A stretch of 64,000 nt of DNA from Gemmatimonadales bacterium. Lineage in GTDB: Bacteria > Gemmatimonadota > Gemmatimonadetes > Gemmatimonadales > GWC2-71-9. Made by a program: the position numbers and the translations under genes. The notes beneath the pieces are model-generated. The model saw only the letters and a program-made list of their open reading frames with translations. It had not been told where the DNA came from and did not search any database. The stretch's first letter is position 1, and each line of letters opens with the position of its first letter. Of the stretch, positions 41,492 to 48,958 are shown piece after piece. The stretch covers positions 87,211 through 151,210 of the forward strand of contig JACKDA010000003.1 in NCBI GenBank assembly GCA_020633775.1, read 5' to 3'.

Positions 41492-42967
41492 ATGAGGTCG
41501 ACCACTCGGGTCGGCCTCGTCGTGTTGTGCGTCGGGATCGCGGCGCAGGTGGCGGCGCACCTGGGCGACGTCGTGCTCGCCTTCTGGGATGCGCAGGCCC
41601 ATCTGGACATCGCCCGGCGGGTGATCGACTCGACCACTCCTGGTCTCCAGATGCTCGGCACGGTGTGGCTACCGGTGCCGCATCTCCTCTACCTGCCGTT
41701 CACGCAGATCGACCCGCTCTGGTGGAACGGCCTCGCCGGCGGCATCGTCGGCCTGGCGGCGTTCGTGCTCATGGCGGTCAGCGTCCACGACATCGTGCGG
41801 CGGCGGAGCGAGCGCGCGGCGGCGGCATGGATCGCCGTGGCGATCGTGGCGTGCAACCCCACCCTGCTCTACTTGCAGACCACCGCGATGACCGAGCCGC
41901 TGCTGCTCGGCTTCCTTGCGGCCGCCACCGCGCGCCTCGATCGCTGGCGCGAGGGCGGCGAGGATCGCCTCCTCCTCGGTGCCGGGGCCTGGACGGCGCT
42001 GGCGGTCGGCTCCCGCTACGATGGCTGGTTCTTCGCCGCCGTGGCGGCCGTTGCCGTCCTCGCCATCAGTCGACGCCTCGGTCCGGTGCTCCGCTTCGTC
42101 GCACTCCCAGCCGTCGTCGTGGCAGCGTGGCTCGTCTTCAATGCGGTGTACTTCGGCGACCCGCTCGAGTTCCAGCGCGGGATCTGGTCGGCCGCGAGCC
42201 AGCAGGCGACGCTCGCCGGCGAGGGCCTCCTCCCCACCCGCGGCGCGCCGCTGCTCGACCTCGGGTACTACCTCGGCGCGGTGGGCCTCACCTCCGGGTG
42301 GCTGCTGCTCGCGGTCGGCACCCTGGGGAGTCTCCTGGCACTTCGGCACCGGGAGCACCGGGTGGTCCTCCTCCTCCTCTGGTCGGTCCTCCCGTTCAAC
42401 GTGCTCGCCCTGTTCGCCGGCCAGAGTGCCATCGCCCTGCCCTGGACCGACCCGGCCGGGGTCCTCAACCTGCGCTACGGGATCATGCTCCTCCCGGCCC
42501 TGGCGGTGGGCGCGGTCCTCGGCCTGGAGCACCTCGCGACCCGGCGGGGCATGCTCCTCGCTCTTGCGGTGGTCGGGGCGCTGCAGGTCGGCCACTTCGC
42601 GTGGAAATGGCCCGCGGCGGTCGGCGGGCTGCGCGAGGGACTGGCGATCCGCGATGGTGATGCGGCCCAGATGCGGGCCTCCCGCTGGCTGGCGACCCAC
42701 TATGACCGGGGGCGGGTGCTGGTGGCCCCGGCAGTGAACATCTCGCCGCGGACCAGGATCCGGCTCCGCGACCGGGTGTACCCGTGGACCTGGGAACTGG
42801 GGCAGGCGGCGCTCGATGCCCCGGCCGAGGTGGTCGATTGGGTCGTCGTCGATCGCCGGGCCCAGGGCGACCCCGTGACCAAGGCCGTGGCGGCCGACAC
42901 CTCGTTCGCCCGCCGCTTCCAGCTCGCCTTCCGCGAGCGTGAACTCGAGATCTGGCAGCGCCGATGA
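41492..42967 (+). CDS. Polytopic membrane protein, GT-C/PMT-ArnT-like topology (function unassigned)
   Basis: About 11 hydrophobic helices followed by a ~90-aa soluble tail. Resembles the product of 46773..48146 by eye. The family call is tentative. Confidence 0.5.
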   Translation: MRSTTRVGLVVLCVGIAAQVAAHLGDVVLAFWDAQAHLDIARRVIDSTTPGLQMLGTVWLPVPHLLYLPFTQIDPLWWNGLAGGIVGLAAFVLMAVSVHDIVRRRSERAAAAWIAVAIVACNPTLLYLQTTAMTEPLLLGFLAAATARLDRWREGGEDRLLLGAGAWTALAVGSRYDGWFFAAVAAVAVLAISRRLGPVLRFVALPAVVVAAWLVFNAVYFGDPLEFQRGIWSAASQQATLAGEGLLPTRGAPLLDLGYYLGAVGLTSGWLLLAVGTLGSLLALRHREHRVVLLLLWSVLPFNVLALFAGQSAIALPWTDPAGVLNLRYGIMLLPALAVGAVLGLEHLATRRGMLLALAVVGALQVGHFAWKWPAAVGGLREGLAIRDGDAAQMRASRWLATHYDRGRVLVAPAVNISPRTRIRLRDRVYPWTWELGQAALDAPAEVVDWVVVDRRAQGDPVTKAVAADTSFARRFQLAFRERELEIWQRR

Positions 42968-44985
42968 GCTCCACCCCATTCAAGGGTCATCCCATGCCTT
43001 CCCGTGCCCTGCTCCTCCTTGCGGCGCTCCTCGTGGCCGCCTGTGATGCCCCGACTCCGGACGTGCCGGACACCGAGGCGGCCTCGGGCCTCGCCACCAT
43101 GGATTCCCTCGCGAGCGGGGGTGGCGTCGACTCCGCCGCGGCACCGCCGGTCGCGGCCTCGCCCGATTCGGTCGTGGTGGCAACGCCCACCCTCGCCGAG
43201 ATCGGGTATCAGGAGGGGATCACCCTCCTCGGGGCAGCCGACCGCACCACGCTCACGCTGCCGGTGCCCGAGGGCCTTGCCCCCCGGGAACTCCGCCTTC
43301 GGGTGCTCCCCACCCCGCGGATGCCGGACGCGACGGTGATCCTGCAGCAGGGTGCCCGGGTCCTCGCCCAGCGGGCGCTGAGCGACACGGCCACCGAGCT
43401 GGTACTGCCGCTCTCCGAGGTCATCGTGCAGCAGGGTCGCGCGATCGTCGACCTGGCAGTGAACGTCCCCGGGCGCGATGCCTGCGAGGCGCCGCTCTTC
43501 TACCGCACCGTCTTCACCCCGGATGGCGGGCTGACGTACGACGGTGCCCTCGCGCCGGTGCGCTCCGTCAGCGCGTTCTTCGCACCGTGGCTGCGGCGGG
43601 TGACCTTCTATCTCCCCGCCGAACCGTCGCTCGACGCGGCCCAGGCTGCGCTCGATGTCGCCGCGTATGTCGGGCGCCGCTATCGCGGGATGGGGACCCG
43701 GTTCGTGATCGGCGAACTTCCGCCGGATGGCGGGGCGATCCCGGAACCGCAGCTCGACGAGCGGGCCGTGGTGTGGGCCACCGACGGCCCCGCGGGGATC
43801 CTCGGTCCCGAGGGAGGGCGCGGGACGGTGCTCGCGATTGCCTCGCGCGGCGACGCCCGCACCCTGTTCACGCTGCCGCAGGGTCCGGCCCTCGTGCCGA
43901 CGTCCGCGTTCACGACCTCGCTGCTGCGCCTCGACCAGCGCTCGGCCGGCACGGTGAGTCTCGACGCGATGGGCGCCGGGACCCGCACCGTGCAGGGCAA
44001 CGCGATCGCGGCGGCGAACTATCGCTTCTCGCTCGCCGACTTCCGCAGCCAGGCCGGTCCGGTCGCGTTCCGGCTCGTCGCCGAACACGCCTCGCTGCCG
44101 CGCGAGACCACCGGCGAGGCGACCGTCCTGCTCAACGGCGCGGTGATCTGGTCCCGGCCGATCGACGAGGGACGGATCGACGCGACGATGCAGCTGCCGG
44201 CCCGGCTGCTGGCGCGGGACAACGACCTCGAGATCCGCTTCTCGGTCCGCCTCGGCGAGGGGGCCTGCATCCTCGGCGCACCGCTGTTCACGGCGACCGT
44301 GCTGGGCGAGTCGGCCTTCGTCCTCGGCGGCGGCGAGCCCTTCCCGCCGTCGTACGAGCGCTTCCCCGCCGCCCTCGTGCCGGAGTTCTCGGTCCTCCTC
44401 GAACCGCGCGACCGGTTCCGGGTCGAACTCGCCGCGACGATGATCGAGGCGATGCAGCGCACCACCGCCACGCCGATGGCGCCGGTGCTCCTGCGCGACG
44501 CCGCCGAGGCACGCGGCGCCCTGCTCGCGGTGGGAACCGCCTCGCTCGCCGACCGCCTCGGCGCACCGCTCGCGACCGACGGCTTCCGCCTGCGCGACAC
44601 CGATGGTCGGGTCTGGGATGAGTACGTGCCGTCGCAATCGTACGGGGCAATGCAGGCGTTCCAGGCCGACGGGCGCGACGTCCTCCTGCTCCACCACACC
44701 GGCGCCGACGGCGCCCCGCTGGCCGCGCTCGTCCGCGAGACCCTGGCCCCGTACGGCTGGTTCGGCGTCCACGGCGACCTCACCCTGCGCGGTCCGGAGA
44801 GCCCCGCGGCGACGATCACCGCGGCCAACTCCGGCTGGCGGATCGAGCCGATCGACACCCGGCCGGCCTCGTTCTTCGCGCGGTACCGCACCATGATCTT
44901 CGTCGGCATCGGCCTCCTGTTGCTGGCGCTCGTGGTCTGGTTCTACCCGCGCATGGTGCGGCGTGAGCTCGACGCGGCTCGGTGA
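42964..44985 (+). CDS. BcsB-like periplasmic subunit (lipoprotein signal, single C-terminal TM anchor)
   Basis: Lipobox LLVAAC. Two internal repeats of the type '...V.LNG..I......C...' that look like the duplicated BcsB modules. C-terminal helix MIFVGIGLLLLALVVWFY. ATGA overlap with the upstream gene. Not confirmed by search. Confidence 0.5.
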   Translation: MSSTPFKGHPMPSRALLLLAALLVAACDAPTPDVPDTEAASGLATMDSLASGGGVDSAAAPPVAASPDSVVVATPTLAEIGYQEGITLLGAADRTTLTLPVPEGLAPRELRLRVLPTPRMPDATVILQQGARVLAQRALSDTATELVLPLSEVIVQQGRAIVDLAVNVPGRDACEAPLFYRTVFTPDGGLTYDGALAPVRSVSAFFAPWLRRVTFYLPAEPSLDAAQAALDVAAYVGRRYRGMGTRFVIGELPPDGGAIPEPQLDERAVVWATDGPAGILGPEGGRGTVLAIASRGDARTLFTLPQGPALVPTSAFTTSLLRLDQRSAGTVSLDAMGAGTRTVQGNAIAAANYRFSLADFRSQAGPVAFRLVAEHASLPRETTGEATVLLNGAVIWSRPIDEGRIDATMQLPARLLARDNDLEIRFSVRLGEGACILGAPLFTATVLGESAFVLGGGEPFPPSYERFPAALVPEFSVLLEPRDRFRVELAATMIEAMQRTTATPMAPVLLRDAAEARGALLAVGTASLADRLGAPLATDGFRLRDTDGRVWDEYVPSQSYGAMQAFQADGRDVLLLHHTGADGAPLAALVRETLAPYGWFGVHGDLTLRGPESPAATITAANSGWRIEPIDTRPASFFARYRTMIFVGIGLLLLALVVWFYPRMVRRELDAAR

Positions 44986-46804
44986 CCTCCTCGTTGCCCG
45001 GGGCCTCCTCACCCCGGTCCAGCGCGCGGCCGCCCTCGTCCAGCAGCGCCGGACGGGGGAACGGCTCGGTCGCGTGCTGCTCACGATGGGCTTCGTCTCC
45101 CGCGTCGACCTGGCGCGCACCCTGGCGGCGCAGTGGGGACGCGAGTTCGTCCTCGTCGAGCCGACGATGGTGGACCCGGTTGCCGCGCGCCGCTTCCCGC
45201 TCGACGCCACGATGTCCTTCCGCGCCGTGCCGCTCACCGATGACGGCACCACGGTGGTCGTCGCCTCGGCGGAGGAACCGCAGCCGGCCCTGATCGAGAC
45301 GCTGGAGGTGGTCTACCCGGGCCGTGCGCTCGACATCCGGATCACCACCGAGTGGGACATCGACCGCGCGATCAGCGTCACCCACCGCCGCCAGCTCGTC
45401 GACGCCTCGATCTACGGCCTCTACTTCCGCGACCAGGCCGAGAGCGCGTACACGGTCTTCACGCCGGCGCAGTACCTCGGGTTCGTGGTGCTCGCGCTCG
45501 GGATCCTCGCCGGGCTCTGGGCCCAGCCGGTCTTCACGCTGCTGATGCTCAACGTCCCCGTGACCCTGCTCTTCCTCGCCGTGGTCGTGTTCCGCACGAT
45601 CGTCGGGGTGAGCGGCGCGGCGGCGGAGACGCAGATCGTCATCTCGACCGACGACGTCCGGGCGCTCGACGAACGGACCCTGCCGGTGTACACGATCCTC
45701 GTCCCGGTCTTCCGCGAGGCGAACGTCATCGGGAACCTGATCCGGGCGATCGGCGAGCTCGACTACCCGATCGACAAGCTCGACGTGCTCGTCCTCTTCG
45801 AGGAGAACGACCCGGAGACGCTCGCCGCCGCGAAGGCCGCCGCCCCGGGCGCGCACGTGCGGTTCATGGTCGTGCCGGCCGGGGAGCTGCAGACCAAGCC
45901 GAAGGCATGCAACGTCGGGCTGCTCTACGCCCAGGGCGAGCACCTCGTGATCTACGACGCGGAGGACCGCCCCGAGCCCGACCAGCTCAAGAAGGCGGTG
46001 CTCGCCTTCCGTCGCGGGCCGTCGCGGCTCGCGTGCGTCCAGGCCGCCCTCAACTACTACAACTGGAACGAGAACTTCCTCACCCGGATGTTCACGCTGG
46101 AGTACTCGTTCTGGTTCGACTACCTGCTCCCCGGGCTCGACCGGCTCCGGCTCCCGATCCCGCTGGGCGGCACCAGCAACCACTTCCGCACCGCGGTGCT
46201 GCGCGAGCTCGGCGGCTGGGACCCGTTCAACGTCACCGAGGACGCCGACCTCGGCATCCGGGCGGCGATGCACGGCTACCGGGTCGGGATCATCAACTCG
46301 ACGACATACGAGGAGGCGAACAAGCGGCTCGGCAACTGGCTCCGCCAGCGCTCGCGCTGGATCAAGGGCTACATGCAGACCGCGCTGGTCTTCTCGCGCG
46401 ACCCGATCGCCCTGGTGCGGCGCGCCGGGCTCCGCCAGGCGCTCGGCTTCATGCTGCTGATCGCCGGGACGCCGCTGATCTTCCTGCTCCAGCCGATCGC
46501 CATCGGACTCACCATCGGCTGGCTGGTCACCCGGACCCAGGCCCTCGCGCCGATCTTCCCGCCGTGGCTGCTGTACCTGTCGCTGTTCAACCTCCTGCTC
46601 GGCAACGCGCTGGCGATCTACGTGAACATGTTCGCGGTCTTCAAGCGCCGCCTGCACGTCCTCGTGCTGTTCGCCCTGTTCAACCCGTTCTACTGGATCC
46701 TGCACAGCATCGCCGCCGTCAAGGCGCTCGGCCAGCTGTTCACCCGTCCCTACTTCTGGGAGAAGACCGTCCATGGCCTCACCCGACACGGCGCCCCGGG
46801 CTGA
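44963..46804 (+). CDS. Processive family-2 glycosyltransferase (synthase type) with an N-terminal MshEN/T2SSE_N c-di-GMP-binding domain
   Basis: Residues 5-57 carry two copies of the 24-residue MshEN motif. Then 2 TM helices, the GT2 core (YDAEDRP, TEDADLG, QRSRW) and 3-4 C-terminal TM helices. There is no PilZ domain. GTG start. Confidence 0.8.
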   Translation: MSSTRLGDLLVARGLLTPVQRAAALVQQRRTGERLGRVLLTMGFVSRVDLARTLAAQWGREFVLVEPTMVDPVAARRFPLDATMSFRAVPLTDDGTTVVVASAEEPQPALIETLEVVYPGRALDIRITTEWDIDRAISVTHRRQLVDASIYGLYFRDQAESAYTVFTPAQYLGFVVLALGILAGLWAQPVFTLLMLNVPVTLLFLAVVVFRTIVGVSGAAAETQIVISTDDVRALDERTLPVYTILVPVFREANVIGNLIRAIGELDYPIDKLDVLVLFEENDPETLAAAKAAAPGAHVRFMVVPAGELQTKPKACNVGLLYAQGEHLVIYDAEDRPEPDQLKKAVLAFRRGPSRLACVQAALNYYNWNENFLTRMFTLEYSFWFDYLLPGLDRLRLPIPLGGTSNHFRTAVLRELGGWDPFNVTEDADLGIRAAMHGYRVGIINSTTYEEANKRLGNWLRQRSRWIKGYMQTALVFSRDPIALVRRAGLRQALGFMLLIAGTPLIFLLQPIAIGLTIGWLVTRTQALAPIFPPWLLYLSLFNLLLGNALAIYVNMFAVFKRRLHVLVLFALFNPFYWILHSIAAVKALGQLFTRPYFWEKTVHGLTRHGAPG

Positions 46805-48146
46805 GCCCCGGGCCCCGTGGGGGCTCCGGGTCGCGGTCGTGGTGCTGGTGGCACTCCCGCTGGTCCTGGCGGCCGCGGGACTCGCGCAGGATGGCTGGCT
46901 GAGCGACACCCACGGCGCGTTCCTCCACCGGGTCCGCTTCGCCCTCGAGCGCGGCCGCCTGGAGCTGCTCGGCTTCGAGTACCCGCCGCTCCCGTTCCTG
47001 CTGCTCGTGCCGTGGCCCCACGTCGCGATGACGTGGCTGCTCGGGGGCCTCGCGGTGGCCGGGCTCGCCTGGCTGGTGCTCGACGAGTGCACTGACCGCC
47101 GCTCCATGCTGCCGCTGGTCCTCCTCGTCGCGGCACTCTGGACCCCGATCGGCCTCCACCTGGTCAGCGGCGACTTCAACGAGGCCCTCGGCCTCCTCGC
47201 GCTCTTCATCGGCTGGCGCCACTACCGGCGGTGGTGGTCCACCCGCCAGACGATCCACGGCCTCTACGCCGGCCTCTGGCTCGGCTTCGCGTTCTACACC
47301 TCGCCGATCGGCCTCGCGGTGGCATTGATCGCCGGGGCCGTGCTGCCGCTGGTCTTCCCGCGACTGCAGATCCCGCCGTTCGCCTCGCAGCTCTCCCTGC
47401 TGGTCTTCCCCGGTGCCGCGGCCGCCGCGACCTGGGCCTACCTGTCGTGGGTGTTCATCGGGCGCGTGGCGCTGCCCTTCTCGCCGTGGGAACCTGGCTC
47501 GCCCGACCTCTGGACGATCCTCATCTGGACCATCCCGTTCCTCGCCGTGGCGGCGGTGGTCCTGAGTCGACCCCGGGCCACGACGGCGGGCATCCTGCTT
47601 CCGCTGATCCTGCTGGTCGGCGCCGGGCGGATCGGCTGGCACTATTCGCTGGCCTTCGCGGTGCTCATGCTCACGCTGGTCGCGATCGTCGCGCTGCCGC
47701 GCGACCTCGATCGGCTCACGCGTGCCGTCCTCGGCGTCGTGGCCGTCGTGCAGGCGGTCGTCGCCTGGCGGGTGCTCCCGCTGCCCAGGCTCGCGGAGGA
47801 GGACCTCGCGGCCCGTGCCGTCGCCGCGGCGCTCGCGACCGCCCCGCCACGCAGCGTGCTGCTCGATGATCGCTACGCCGAGCGCCTGCTCAAGTGGTCG
47901 CCGTCGCTGGAACCGTACCTGCTCACCCGCGACACCGGATTCGAGCTGGCGGTCGCCCGTCCGGTGAGCGCGGTGCAGTACGTCCTCGCGACGCCGGACG
48001 GCGAGGGACTCACCCTCGATGCCGATGTCCATCCACCCCCGGGATTCATCCGGACCTGGAGCTGGGAGGGGTACACCCTCTGGCGCCGAGCCGACGTGCC
48101 GACCCCCTCCGTCCGGTTCGATGTCCTGGCCGGGAGACTGCCATGA
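46773..48146 (+). CDS. Polytopic membrane protein, apparent paralog of 41492..42967
   Basis: Similar helix pattern and local matches (W.D..H...RV...LG...P.P.LL..P; .E.L.L....RW). Overlaps the synthase gene by 32 nt. Confidence 0.5.
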   Translation: MASPDTAPRAEPRAPWGLRVAVVVLVALPLVLAAAGLAQDGWLSDTHGAFLHRVRFALERGRLELLGFEYPPLPFLLLVPWPHVAMTWLLGGLAVAGLAWLVLDECTDRRSMLPLVLLVAALWTPIGLHLVSGDFNEALGLLALFIGWRHYRRWWSTRQTIHGLYAGLWLGFAFYTSPIGLAVALIAGAVLPLVFPRLQIPPFASQLSLLVFPGAAAAATWAYLSWVFIGRVALPFSPWEPGSPDLWTILIWTIPFLAVAAVVLSRPRATTAGILLPLILLVGAGRIGWHYSLAFAVLMLTLVAIVALPRDLDRLTRAVLGVVAVVQAVVAWRVLPLPRLAEEDLAARAVAAALATAPPRSVLLDDRYAERLLKWSPSLEPYLLTRDTGFELAVARPVSAVQYVLATPDGEGLTLDADVHPPPGFIRTWSWEGYTLWRRADVPTPSVRFDVLAGRLP

Positions 48147-48958
48147 TCCGCCGACTCGCCCGCGTCACGGCCCTCGTGGCCGTCTGTCTCCTCCCCGCCA
48201 CCGCCACCGCCCAGTGGACCGTGAAGCCCGGGGGATGGTTCATGTCGCACGGCTTCAACGTCGGGCGCTTTCCCGATCGCTTCTCCGCGGGGGAGGGGGC
48301 GACCCGGAACGAGCTGCGCAAGGTCGATTGGGGGATGTACTTCATCTACGGGCTGACGGAGGGGTTGAGCGTCGGGCTCGGGCAGGGCTTCGCCCACCTC
48401 GAGCAGCGGCTCACCACCGACACGCTGACCACCACCGGCTTCGGCTCGACCGGCTTCTTCGTCATGAAGCGGATCGCCCAGGGCCGCGGTGGCGTGCTCT
48501 CGATCCAGCCGCGGATCGACCTCCCGCTCCTCTTCGACACCGAGCAGCGCCCCGCCCTCGGCCCGATCGAGGCCGATGCCGAGCTGCGGCTCCTCTACGG
48601 CAACGGCTTCGGGATCGCCGGGACACGCGGCTTCCTCAGCGCGTCGGCCGGCCTGAGCACCATCCGCGCCGGCAACGACGAGATCCGCTACGACCTGACG
48701 GTCGGGGTGAATGCCGGGCGTCGCGTGCTGCTGATGGGTCAGGCGTTCAACGTCGCGGCCCTCGCCGAGGGCGGCGGGATCGCCTACTCCGCCACCAAGC
48801 TCGGCGGCTCGGCGATGCTGCGGCTCAGTCCCGCGGTGGGGGTGCTCGCTGGTTACTACGGCGGCGTGAGCGGCAAGAACACCGCCCGGGAACGCACCTT
48901 CTCGATCGCCATCTGGCTGACCCACGATCCGCAGGAGCCGGTCATCCCGACGCCATGA
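48143..48958 (+). CDS. Outer-membrane beta-barrel protein (candidate export pore)
   Basis: Signal peptide ...ATATAQW and an alternating amphipathic strand pattern. 271 aa. ATGA overlap with the upstream gene. Confidence 0.5.
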   Translation: MIRRLARVTALVAVCLLPATATAQWTVKPGGWFMSHGFNVGRFPDRFSAGEGATRNELRKVDWGMYFIYGLTEGLSVGLGQGFAHLEQRLTTDTLTTTGFGSTGFFVMKRIAQGRGGVLSIQPRIDLPLLFDTEQRPALGPIEADAELRLLYGNGFGIAGTRGFLSASAGLSTIRAGNDEIRYDLTVGVNAGRRVLLMGQAFNVAALAEGGGIAYSATKLGGSAMLRLSPAVGVLAGYYGGVSGKNTARERTFSIAIWLTHDPQEPVIPTP

